Virus record (IMG/VR): IMGVR_UViG_3300037047_000122
Coordinates: 1-41,675 of that record
DNA length: 41,675 nt
From: a virus
Lineage: Duplodnaviria; Caudoviricetes
Direction: 5' to 3' (one strand)
The position numbers and the translations under genes were made by a program. Positions 8,737 through 16,747 of this stretch are shown in pieces. Under the pieces are notes generated by a model. The model did no database searches. It saw only the letters and a list, made by a program, of their open reading frames with translations, and was not told where the DNA came from. Within the stretch, counting starts at the first letter, position 1. Every line of letters starts with the position of its first letter.

Positions 8737-9441
8737 TCACCTCCCTAACTGCTGGTCGATCAGACGTCCGATCGACGAAGCGCTGTCTTCCCTGATCAGC
8801 TCGCCCTCGGGAAAACTCCGCGCGCCGCCCTCCGCCAGCTTCCGCAGCAGATCGCGCGCGTCTTTTTCAGCGCTGCGCACCTTTTTGATCGCCAGGTGCG
8901 CGTTGAACGGCGTGCGGAAGAACATCTCCCAGACCGGGCGCGCATTCCGGCTGTCCGACTCGGGTGGCGCGAAGCTGCCCCAGCAGATCCGCCCGTCTGA
9001 GTACACATTCGGGAACGGCGCGCGATAGACCGTCTCGCCCGGGTCGAAGAGTTTGGCCTTCAGCGCCCACAGGAAATACATGTTGCCGATCCCCAGCAGC
9101 ACCGTGCGCGGAATCGGGATCCGCAGCGCCGGCTCCCCATCCGCCAGGCTCAGCTCCACCTTCTGGGCCGGAGCGCTGTAGACGAAGAACGGCCCCGCCG
9201 CCCGTCGCCCCTGGCGCACGACTCCCGCCGGCGTCCACCCGGTGTCCGGCTCCGACCGGGTAAACGCCGCTTCCAGGTCTTCCGATGTCAGAAACTTCGA
9301 GACCCAGGCCGCCCCATTGCGGTGGCGAAAGAGATATTGTCCGTCCAGGAAGTACAGCACGCCGCCGGCTTCCAGTTCTCCAGATCCTGCCAGCGCGGTG
9401 TCTATCAGCCGCGTGGGGGTTTCGATCCATGTGTCCATCAT
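8737..9441 (-). CDS. Prokaryotic E2 family D ubiquitin-conjugating-like protein (PRTRC protein B type)
   Basis: YRAPFPNVYSDGRICWG with conserved Cys and WEMFFRTPFN; ATG 9441 after GGAGG, overlapping the upstream stop. Confidence 0.88.
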   Translation of the reverse strand: MMDTWIETPTRLIDTALAGSGELEAGGVLYFLDGQYLFRHRNGAAWVSKFLTSEDLEAAFTRSEPDTGWTPAGVVRQGRRAAGPFFVYSAPAQKVELSLADGEPALRIPIPRTVLLGIGNMYFLWALKAKLFDPGETVYRAPFPNVYSDGRICWGSFAPPESDSRNARPVWEMFFRTPFNAHLAIKKVRSAEKDARDLLRKLAEGGARSFPEGELIREDSASSIGRLIDQQLGR

Positions 9442-10364
9442 GCCTCCAATCCGATCGGGCCATAGAACTCGTCGATCACAGGTTCGCCGTCGTCTGCCTC
9501 GCCCGCCCATAGCTCGCCCAGCGTCTGCGGCCTGGTTTCCGTCTCTGCCGCGCTCTCGACGTACAGATCATACAACGTGCCGGCCAGGCTCATATCCCGC
9601 GCGAACCAGATCACTGCCCGGGTCAAATCCTCACGCATCGGCTGCGCCTCGGCCCAGGCCCACTCCAGCGCGCGCACGCCTTCGAGGGTGAACGCCGGCA
9701 GGTCGGCGATTACCTCTTCATCCCAGGGGTTGTAATCAAAATAATGGTTGCCTGTGTCGTACAGGCAGACGTTGATCGCGTTCTTAAATACGCCCAGCCC
9801 GCGCTCCTCGAGCATCTCGAACAGCCGTTCAAAGTTTGGGTCCTGGATATTGGCCGGGTCTTCCCCGCTCAGTTCCCATCCAAAATGGTCCGACGCTCTC
9901 AGCAGCACAGCGCTATCGCCCAGGCGCATCGCGGTGGTGAAGATATAAAGCCCCAACTCGTCACGGCAAGTGTCCAGGTCGTCCCCTGACATCTCCTCCC
10001 ACTCGTCCCAGCCCATCGGGTATCCGCAGCAGGCCGGGTACAGCTCGTCCGGCATACCGTCTTCGCAGCGCGTCTCCATCATTTCCAAATCCAGCGGCGC
10101 CAGCGCGTCGATCGCCCGCAGGCAGGCATCGATGATCGGATCGTCGCTATAAACACACTGTTTATCCTCGACTTCGCCGGCCGCGGCCCGCCGGAATTTC
10201 GCCGGGTCCAACGCGTTCAGCACCACCGCCGCCTGGATGCGCCGCTTCTTCTGCTCCAGCACTTCCAGGCAGTCGGATAACGACGGCCGCTTGCGCAGCT
10301 TCAGAAACTTGCGGGCCGTATCCAGACGCGGGAGCGCACCGGCGAGCTGCATCATGGCAACCAT
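9438..10364 (-). CDS. Acidic 308-aa protein in the PRTRC protein F position
   Basis: Translationally coupled between the Ubl and E2 genes; the family is assigned only by synteny. Confidence 0.6.
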   Translation of the reverse strand: MVAMMQLAGALPRLDTARKFLKLRKRPSLSDCLEVLEQKKRRIQAAVVLNALDPAKFRRAAAGEVEDKQCVYSDDPIIDACLRAIDALAPLDLEMMETRCEDGMPDELYPACCGYPMGWDEWEEMSGDDLDTCRDELGLYIFTTAMRLGDSAVLLRASDHFGWELSGEDPANIQDPNFERLFEMLEERGLGVFKNAINVCLYDTGNHYFDYNPWDEEVIADLPAFTLEGVRALEWAWAEAQPMREDLTRAVIWFARDMSLAGTLYDLYVESAAETETRPQTLGELWAGEADDGEPVIDEFYGPIGLEA

Positions 10365-10801
10365 TAGAAACCCAGCACCACCGCGCCGGCCGGGCGCGCC
10401 TGGGCCTGTTCCAGCCGCCGCAGCGCCGCCTTCACGTGCTCGCCCTGCTTCTCGCCGACCTCGAGCGCGGAATCGATCCGTGCGTCCAGCTCGAGCATCG
10501 TGTACGGGTCAAGATCGTCCTCGCCCTGGATCTCCTGGTAAAGCGCGATCGCCGGGTTTTGGCCGCCCGGGCTGGCTGCCAGTGCGGCCAGCGCCGCCAA
10601 AGGTGCCGGGCCACCGCCCTTGCTCCCGGCCTTCTTGATCACGTTGATGGTGACCTCGCCGGCCTTCTCGACCCGGGTGATCAGCGCGTTCGCTACCTCA
10701 GGATAGAACGGTGCCAGGGCGCGCTTCACGGCGTCGTCATTGGCGCCAATTTCTTCAGGAACGGGAATGGATTGTCCTTCGACGAGTACGGTGTAATTCA
10801 T
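10364..10801 (-). CDS. Ubiquitin-like protein (PRTRC protein C/Prok_Ub type) with C-terminal helical extension
   Basis: VKRALAPFYPEVANA...KKAGSKG matches the YPE...GxKG signature; 83 further residues follow Gly62. Confidence 0.8.
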   Translation of the reverse strand: MNYTVLVEGQSIPVPEEIGANDDAVKRALAPFYPEVANALITRVEKAGEVTINVIKKAGSKGGGPAPLAALAALAASPGGQNPAIALYQEIQGEDDLDPYTMLELDARIDSALEVGEKQGEHVKAALRRLEQAQARPAGAVVLGF

Positions 10802-10802
10802 G

Positions 10803-12107
10803 TTATTTCTCCACGTTGTGCAGACGGGTGAGAATGGATTGAAGTTGGTCCGGAAGGACCAGGTCAGCGAGACGGGCGAAGGACATCAGCGGAGCGTCCT
10901 GATTGAGACGGCCGCCAATGTTGACCATGCGGTTGCCGCTGGAGTCCTCTGGCCATAGGGTCAAGGTGAGCATAATAGTTGACTGCTCCCAACTCAGTAC
11001 CGCGGGGGGCTGAACAGGGGCCGCAGCTGGGGCAGGCTGTGGCTTGGGAGCGGGCTGGGCAGCAGCCGGGCGCGGTGGCTCAGGCGCGCGAATCGGGGCA
11101 GGAGATGGGACCGGAGCCGGGCGAGGGTGCACCGGGGCGAATTCGCGCGCGGGCTCCTGTGGCTCCTCAACCATTTCCCCAGCAGGGTCATACGCCAATA
11201 CCTCTTCGGGATCATCAGCGACCGTTTCCGTAGAAACGTTTTCGTCCATATCCTGGCTATCACCGCCAATCTCCTCGTTGTCCTGGCTTTCGTCTTCGGT
11301 TTCATCAAGGAGCGTTTCCATAGAAACGCCGGGTTCGGGCTGGGGATTCGGCAGATAAATCTGTTCTGCCGGCGGATTAATCCGGCGCGTCAAACGATTG
11401 ACCATTTCGGCAACCCGATCGGGGGATATGCCGCTGCGGGCAGCTTCGATGATCTCGGAGGGCTTGAGGTCATCGCTGTCCTCGGCCTGGAGGCGCAGGG
11501 TCTCAGGAATGTCATAGAGCGGCACCAGGGCCCTGCCTACGCCCTCTGTGATCTCACCAGCGCGCAGTGCGTTCTGGAGGGCCTCAGGAAGTCCCAGGAG
11601 GCGCATTTTGTTACGCACGGCGGAATCGCTGAGGCCGAATAAGCTGCCGATCTCGATCGACGTTTTGCCAAACTTCTCGCGGTAAACCAACATGGCTTTG
11701 GCTTCTTCGATCGGGCTGAGATCCTTGCGGGCCATGTTTTCGGACACACCGCGGCGGAAGAGCTCCTCATCGGTGAGGTCATTGACGATAACCGGCATGC
11801 GATCGAAGCCGAAATTACCGGTTTCGTCGAGGAACTTGTAGGCAGCCAGTCGAGAGTGGCCAAAGGCGAGTTGGACGCGGCAGTCGCGATCGCGACATAG
11901 CTGGTCGATGGACTGAGTGCGCATCAAGTCGGCAGATCCCGGCTGGGGTTGGCCAACATGGTCGATCAGGCGGCCAAGTGGCAGTTGGAGCAGCCCTTCC
12001 TCGGCGATAGAGACAGCCAGGTTCTTGATGTGGGCGGGGTTCTCTCCTTCGCGGGGCTGATCGGGATTGGGGACGATGTGGTGCAGTTGGACTTGAACGA
12101 TTTGCAT
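10803..12107 (-). CDS. parB: ParB/RepB/Spo0J family protein with acidic and Pro-rich linker and C-terminal domain
   Basis: NPDQPR, EGLLQ, FGHSRLAA, ENMARKDLSPIEEA and a following HTH. Confidence 0.9.
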   Translation of the reverse strand: MQIVQVQLHHIVPNPDQPREGENPAHIKNLAVSIAEEGLLQLPLGRLIDHVGQPQPGSADLMRTQSIDQLCRDRDCRVQLAFGHSRLAAYKFLDETGNFGFDRMPVIVNDLTDEELFRRGVSENMARKDLSPIEEAKAMLVYREKFGKTSIEIGSLFGLSDSAVRNKMRLLGLPEALQNALRAGEITEGVGRALVPLYDIPETLRLQAEDSDDLKPSEIIEAARSGISPDRVAEMVNRLTRRINPPAEQIYLPNPQPEPGVSMETLLDETEDESQDNEEIGGDSQDMDENVSTETVADDPEEVLAYDPAGEMVEEPQEPAREFAPVHPRPAPVPSPAPIRAPEPPRPAAAQPAPKPQPAPAAAPVQPPAVLSWEQSTIMLTLTLWPEDSSGNRMVNIGGRLNQDAPLMSFARLADLVLPDQLQSILTRLHNVEK

Positions 12108-12303
12108 GATATTTCCTATTCTTTCTGGTAATCAGCCTGGAGGCTGGCAACCTGGGCACGAAGGGCATCGATTTCGCGCGGAGTCGCTCGATCTCGGATT
12201 GGGAATTGGAGAGATCCTTCCTAAGCAAGTAAAGGTCGTGGGTAGTGATATTGGCGCGAAGCCAAATCTTTACGTTCGTTGGATCATCAATGGTTTCATC
12301 CAT
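11815..12303 (-). CDS. Hypothetical protein; probably only the first ~45-65 codons are real (3' part overlaps parB out of frame)
   Basis: TAATG coupling to the upstream gene and a coiled-coil-like N-terminus; 293-nt overlap with parB. Confidence 0.4.
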   Translation of the reverse strand: MDETIDDPTNVKIWLRANITTHDLYLLRKDLSNSQSEIERLRAKSMPFVPRLPASRLITRKNRKYHANRSSPTAPHRPQSRSAPRRREPRPHQEPGCLYRRGRAAPTATWPPDRPCWPTPAGICRLDAHSVHRPAMSRSRLPRPTRLWPLSTGCLQVPRRNR

Positions 12304-12689
12304 TATTCTGCCCCTGCTTCCTCACCCGATGGCAAAGCGTTGACAGCGATTAGGCGATTCTGCAGTTCACTGATGACGTGTTGCAGCCTGCTAAATTCGC
12401 TTTCCGCCCGTTCCTTCATCGCGGTGTACTGCGACCGGGTGACAATCGGCGCGCTGTAATCAAGAGCGGGTTCGGTGTTGCGTTCGGCATAGGCGCGCGC
12501 GATTTCTTCGGAAACCAGCTTGACCGCATAGATGGCGGCCATGCCGTAATACTCGGTGCGATAGGTTCCATCGGTTGGAACATCAACGCGGAGCAGACCG
12601 CCCCAGTCACCCGGGCGTGAAATTCTGCCGGCGGTCTGGACGTGGCCCATGATTTCTACTACAGCCCATTGCTCATTTTCTTCTGGCAT
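12303..12689 (-). CDS. Conserved phage hypothetical protein, 128 aa
   Basis: WAVVEIMGH..AGR...LLRVDVP...AIY pattern; GAGG RBS. Confidence 0.75.
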   Translation of the reverse strand: MPEENEQWAVVEIMGHVQTAGRISRPGDWGGLLRVDVPTDGTYRTEYYGMAAIYAVKLVSEEIARAYAERNTEPALDYSAPIVTRSQYTAMKERAESEFSRLQHVISELQNRLIAVNALPSGEEAGAE

Positions 12690-12697
12690 AGTTTCCT

Positions 12698-13261
12698 CTA
12701 CTTTCCTGCCTGTTCGAAAGACTTGACCTCAACCGTGTAGGTGCGTCCGCGCCTGGGTGGAGTAGCCACCGATATGCCTTCTAACGCTTCTGACAATTTA
12801 TCGAAAGTGAACATCAGTTGGGCCTGTTTGGCCTGTTCGATAGCAACATCGGTCCCGGTGATATCCAGGGTATAAGCGCCGTGGCGCTGGATGACGGCGT
12901 GAAACTCTTCGATGTCATGGGGGCGAATCGAGTAAGTCGTTTCTCCTCCGTCTTCAACTGCGCAGCAGTGGCAGAGCTGGTGGTCGATGAGGGCTTCGCG
13001 CCAGGCCTGGTTTTTGGATTTCCAGTCATGCTCCGAAACCCAGATGATAAAATCGGCATCGTCAGTGAGGGCGCGTGTTTTTGAACTCGTTTTTTCCGCG
13101 CCGGCATAAGCGACCTTTCCGCCAGAGTTGGCGGGTTCGCTGCGGAACATAAACAGGATGTTTGCTTCATGCAGATCGGGGTGATGCAGGTTGATCAGGT
13201 CCCGGGCTGTAGTCAAAACATCGTTATTGGCGCTGGTCAGTTTTTCCCATTCGATAGCCAT
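12698..13261 (-). CDS. Phage putative metallopeptidase family protein with HQxxH in place of HExxH
   Basis: DFIIW...EALIDHQLCH...IRPHDIEEF; strong GGAGG RBS. Confidence 0.8.
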   Translation of the reverse strand: MAIEWEKLTSANNDVLTTARDLINLHHPDLHEANILFMFRSEPANSGGKVAYAGAEKTSSKTRALTDDADFIIWVSEHDWKSKNQAWREALIDHQLCHCCAVEDGGETTYSIRPHDIEEFHAVIQRHGAYTLDITGTDVAIEQAKQAQLMFTFDKLSEALEGISVATPPRRGRTYTVEVKSFEQAGK

Positions 13262-13273
13262 ATTCCTCCTCTC

Positions 13274-13462
13274 CTACTTGCGGCGGTTGATCTTGCGGCT
13301 GGCCCGGGCCATCTTGCGGCGCTTCTTGGTCTCTTCGTGAGACTTGCGAGTGACGCCGATCTGGGTGGGCACCTGGAAACCGCTCGAAGCAGGCTTCTCA
13401 ATCGGAGCCATGATGTTTTCTTGATCGTTAGTCGGTTCGGGATGAAGTTCTTGTGGATGCAT
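13274..13462 (-). CDS. Small basic protein, 62 aa
   Basis: TAATG coupling to VRR-NUC; KKRRKMARASRKINRRK tail. Confidence 0.6.
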   Translation of the reverse strand: MHPQELHPEPTNDQENIMAPIEKPASSGFQVPTQIGVTRKSHEETKKRRKMARASRKINRRK

Positions 13463-13848
13463 TAGCAATTTCCTTTCAGGTACGAGAGTATTGTCCGGGC
13501 GGCCTGCTCCCAGCCCACCGCGACAACGGCGAAATAACCCTGGGCGCGGAGCAAGTCGATCCATTTCTTTTGCTGGGGCGAGGTGGTGTTGTCGCCAAAC
13601 TTGAGCTCAATGTAAAGGCCATGAAACGAGGCCCGGGCGATGGGAAGACAGATGTCGGGGACGCCGCTTTTCAGGCCTTCGGCTTTGAGCTTCATCGCCT
13701 CTGGAGAGTAGCGCTGCCCGCCCTTGTTTTTGCGCCAGGGAAGTTTGGCGCCATTGGGGATGGCGTAGAGCATGCACAGCTCGGGGATGGTTGCCTGGTT
13801 CCATTCAGCCCATTTGAACAGGGCTTCCTGGTCATCATGCTCGGACAT
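13462..13848 (-). CDS. VRR-NUC domain nuclease (Holliday junction resolvase-like)
   Basis: SEHDDQ, AIPNG, GLKSGVPD, LYIELK and SPQQKKW. Confidence 0.9.
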   Translation of the reverse strand: MSEHDDQEALFKWAEWNQATIPELCMLYAIPNGAKLPWRKNKGGQRYSPEAMKLKAEGLKSGVPDICLPIARASFHGLYIELKFGDNTTSPQQKKWIDLLRAQGYFAVVAVGWEQAARTILSYLKGNC

Positions 13849-13849
13849 A

Positions 13850-13927
13850 TCAAAATCCACCCAGGAGCAAGGCCAGAATCAGGACCAGCAGCGCGCCGGC
13901 CACGCTCAGTAGAATTTTTGCGATCAT
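13850..13927 (-). CDS. 25-aa single-TM microprotein MIAKILLSVAGALLVLILALLLGGF
   Basis: Hand-translated; ATGA overlap with the upstream microgene; absent from the ORF track. Confidence 0.6.
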   Translation of the reverse strand: MIAKILLSVAGALLVLILALLLGGF

Positions 13928-14013
13928 GAGCATCCTTTCAGGATCAGCAGGCCGATTAATATCCAGCCCGCTATTCCGCCCCAAAGCACCAAACCAAAAA
14001 CTTTTGTTTTCAT
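13924..14013 (-). CDS. 29-aa single-TM microprotein MKTKVFGLVLWGGIAGWILIGLLILKGCS
   Basis: ATGA overlaps at both ends. Confidence 0.6.
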   Translation of the reverse strand: MKTKVFGLVLWGGIAGWILIGLLILKGCS

Positions 14014-14087
14014 GCGCTTATTCCACAACCGCGCAGAATGAGCCACAAAATGATAAAGAGGATAAAAATCAACGCGACGTATCCCAT
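14010..14087 (-). CDS. 25-aa single-TM microprotein MGYVALIFILFIILWLILRGCGISA
   Basis: Hand-translated; TGATG coupling and GAGGA RBS; absent from the ORF track. Confidence 0.6.
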   Translation of the reverse strand: MGYVALIFILFIILWLILRGCGISA

Positions 14088-14281
14088 CAGTTATTCCTCT
14101 CTTTGATGGCTTCAAGTGTGGGAGAGAGCACAGGCCATTTTTCCCAGGGCAGACGCTGGTACCCGTGGAGGTGGCAAGCCATCTTGTGCTCGATCAGTGC
14201 GATGCAAAACAAGCGGAGCATCTCATAGGTAGCGGCGCGGCGAACCTGGCCTTGCAGATGCGCGCAGGTGGAACAGGTCAT
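14087..14281 (-). CDS. Small Cys/His-containing protein, 64 aa
   Basis: CxxC...H-x3-C; GGAGG RBS and ATGA overlap with dnaB. Confidence 0.6.
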   Translation of the reverse strand: MTCSTCAHLQGQVRRAATYEMLRLFCIALIEHKMACHLHGYQRLPWEKWPVLSPTLEAIKERNN

Positions 14282-15606
14282 AGGCGGCCTCCAGGGGTTT
14301 GTGCGTTAGCGATGGAACCCAGCTCGGGCCAATCTTTGACGGCCACGAGGTGGAAGAAGGAAAATTTGATCTTGCGGCGCGACTTGAGAAAAACGAACGT
14401 GCGCAACCGCTCATCGGGTTTACCTTCGCCCGGGATGTGTTTGTTGAGCAAACAGACTTTGTCCGCGTCGTAGACGATATCCATACCCTGGGACAGGCTG
14501 GTAAGGTCCGGCGCGGCGCTTTTTGCGCCCTCCTTGTTCATGGCGTGGATGACCACACCGGCGAGTTTCATCTCGCGGCAGATGAGCTTGAGTTCTCCGC
14601 TGATGTAGTTAAGACGTTCGGTCTCGTCTTTGCCGTAGCGATCGGAGATGAATTTGAGATAGTCGATCATGAAGACCTGAAGGCCATACTTCGTCTTGGC
14701 GCGGAGAAGATCGGCGCGCAGGCCGGTGAGGGACCAACGGGGGGTAAAGTCAACGTACATGCCAAAGCTGGGGCTAACGTACTGCTCAATGGTGTGGACA
14801 TAGAGCGGCCAATCGTCCTCCTGAAGGTTACCGGTCAGGAAGCGGTCGGAGGGGATGTGGCTGGCGCGCGATATCTCACGGTCCATGATTTCATCTTCGT
14901 CGGTCTCCATCTCGTAGACGCCGACGACCGCTTTCTTAGCGACTCCAGCAGCCATCTGGAGGAGGAGCTTGGTTTTGCCCATGCCGGGCTGGCCGCTGAG
15001 AACCATCAATTCGCCCTGGATGAGGCCGCCGTAGGTGGCTGAGTCGTAATCGGCAATGCCGGTCTTGAAGCGGGTGAGATACTCTTCGCCCTGGCTCATA
15101 CGGTCGATGCGGTCGAAATGGCGGCCGGCGCTGGCGGCGATGTGCTCCAAGCCACCCTTAACGCGGACCAATTTAGGTACCTGAACCGCGAATTCAGAAA
15201 TTGTTTGATCGATAGGCTTGTCCTTTTGACACAGGCCCCGGACGAAATCCTGTGCTTTGCGATAGGCCTGCCGGCGCGAGGAGAGATCTACGACGATGCG
15301 CGCGTAGCCGGCGGCGTTGAGGGCGCTGGGAGTAATGGTCAGCAGTTCGAGGAGAAAGGCTTCCCCCCCCACGCTGACCAGGTCGCCGGCGGCGCTGATC
15401 CGTTCGGAGAGGGTAACGTAATCGACCTGGACACGGGCTCGGCGCAGATGGCAGATGGCTTCGAAGACCAGGGAGCAGGCGGAAAGATAAAAATCGTCTT
15501 GGGAGATCTCCAGTGCGTCGTATTGATCGGGGTCGATGATCAACGCGCCGAGGAGTGCCTTTTCAGCGTCCGGATTGACGAGGCCTAAATCGAGGAAGTC
15601 GCTCAT
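14278..15606 (-). CDS. dnaB: DnaB-like replicative helicase
   Basis: AEKALLGALI N-domain, TGIADYD, Walker A GQPGMGKT, IDYL Walker B, YDAD and KSR finger. Start is 15606 or 15627. Confidence 0.9.
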   Translation of the reverse strand: MSDFLDLGLVNPDAEKALLGALIIDPDQYDALEISQDDFYLSACSLVFEAICHLRRARVQVDYVTLSERISAAGDLVSVGGEAFLLELLTITPSALNAAGYARIVVDLSSRRQAYRKAQDFVRGLCQKDKPIDQTISEFAVQVPKLVRVKGGLEHIAASAGRHFDRIDRMSQGEEYLTRFKTGIADYDSATYGGLIQGELMVLSGQPGMGKTKLLLQMAAGVAKKAVVGVYEMETDEDEIMDREISRASHIPSDRFLTGNLQEDDWPLYVHTIEQYVSPSFGMYVDFTPRWSLTGLRADLLRAKTKYGLQVFMIDYLKFISDRYGKDETERLNYISGELKLICREMKLAGVVIHAMNKEGAKSAAPDLTSLSQGMDIVYDADKVCLLNKHIPGEGKPDERLRTFVFLKSRRKIKFSFFHLVAVKDWPELGSIANAQTPGGRL

Positions 15607-16337
15607 GGTTGGAGACTCGCGAGCCATTCGCGTTGAACGGCGAGAGTATGGTCAGGATCGGGTTGACCGCCGCCCTTCTGCAGGCGCTTTTGCATGGCGG
15701 TGCGGGCGGGGCCTACCAGTGAGGATACATAGCGCACGGGCTTACCGTGGTTATTGGCGGCCTTCCAGGTAAGCCCTTCTAATAAATCCGATACCGTCGC
15801 GCCCATCGAAATTACTTCTCCGATGGCTTTGATGTCTTCTGACCCAGATAATACGATCCCTTTGGTTTCTAAGGCGCGTTGAAGGTTGAAAAAAGCGTCG
15901 CCGTCGCTCTTCTCTTTATCTGATTCTGACTCTGATTCTGACTCTGTCTCTGTCTCTTGCGCAACATCACGCAACACTCCGCAATCTTGCGCAACATCGC
16001 GCAACAAGCGCGATCTTGTCGCACGCTCGATTGCGGTTTCAGATTTGGGCTGCCGCTTATCCCAATTGACGAAGTGTCCATCGGCGAGGATGCCCTTATC
16101 GGTCATCGCCTGGAGCACCGCATTGATTTCGCTTTCCGCAAACCCCGAATACGCCGCGTAGACCTCTGGGTCAAAACCCGTCACGCTGCCGCGCTCGCTG
16201 TGTTGGCTGGCGAAATCTAAAAGAGCCCAGGCAATCGCCGATACGATCCCGACTTTTACATTGGCGCGCACCGCTACTGCCATCCATTTGCTGTCCAGGG
16301 GGGCGCCATGCCACGATCTCCACCAGTACTCAGTCAT
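15603..16337 (-). CDS. Phage replication initiator/replisome organiser, 244 aa
   Basis: N-terminal WWRSWHG..D.KW...NWDKRQP winged-helix-type region, ETETESESES linker, internal iterons, position directly upstream of dnaB. Confidence 0.75.
   Translation of the reverse strand: MTEYWWRSWHGAPLDSKWMAVAVRANVKVGIVSAIAWALLDFASQHSERGSVTGFDPEVYAAYSGFAESEINAVLQAMTDKGILADGHFVNWDKRQPKSETAIERATRSRLLRDVAQDCGVLRDVAQETETESESESESDKEKSDGDAFFNLQRALETKGIVLSGSEDIKAIGEVISMGATVSDLLEGLTWKAANNHGKPVRYVSSLVGPARTAMQKRLQKGGGQPDPDHTLAVQREWLASLQP
15919..16010. repeat. Candidate replication origin: five GCAAC-type repeats at 10-bp spacing next to TCTGAY hexamer repeats
   Basis: gcaacatcac gcaacactcc gcaatcttgc gcaacatcgc gcaacaagcg at 15961-16010. 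Confidence 0.65.
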
Positions 16338-16339
16338 GA

Positions 16340-16747
16340 TTAGCCCCACAGACTGGTCTGAACGGTTTTGATTGGTTGTTCTGGGCGCTGAGGCGGGGGA
16401 ACAGATGCGCGCTCGAGGGCATGAATGACCGCATCGATGGATTTGCGCCGGGCGTAGAAATCGGCCAGGCATTCGCGCTTTTCAGCTTCCGTGGCAGCCA
16501 GCCAGCGCCCTGGTTTGCCGGAGGATGAACAAACGGCAATGCCAAAATCGACGCGGAGCAGCTCTACGACGTCGCGGGCTTTGCGTACGGCGTTCTCGCC
16601 GCGGCCGCGAAAGAGGGCGAAGGCGATATCTTCGATGCTGGCGCGGTTCTCGAAACCAATGTGGCACGGATAGAGGTAATCGAAAGCGGTGAGGGGATCC
16701 GCGGCGGTGATTTGGGCTCTGAGCAGATTGTATTGGGGTGTACTCAT
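16340..16747 (-). CDS. Winged-helix/HTH-like protein, 135 aa
   Basis: HIGFENRAS...RKARDVVELLR...AVCSSSG..GRWLA pattern; GAGGA RBS. Confidence 0.65.
   Translation of the reverse strand: MSTPQYNLLRAQITAADPLTAFDYLYPCHIGFENRASIEDIAFALFRGRGENAVRKARDVVELLRVDFGIAVCSSSGKPGRWLAATEAEKRECLADFYARRKSIDAVIHALERASVPPPQRPEQPIKTVQTSLWG

Noticed and set aside
14278-15606. DnaB as a degenerate, inactive helicase (HAMNK instead of QLNR)
   Set aside because: Walker A/B, catalytic Glu and K-x-R finger are present, and His at this position also occurs in T7 gp4-type helicases.
15919-16010. CRISPR-like mini-array
   Set aside because: Repeats are 5-10 bp, in frame within a gene and lack unique spacers; no CRISPR array seen anywhere in the window.
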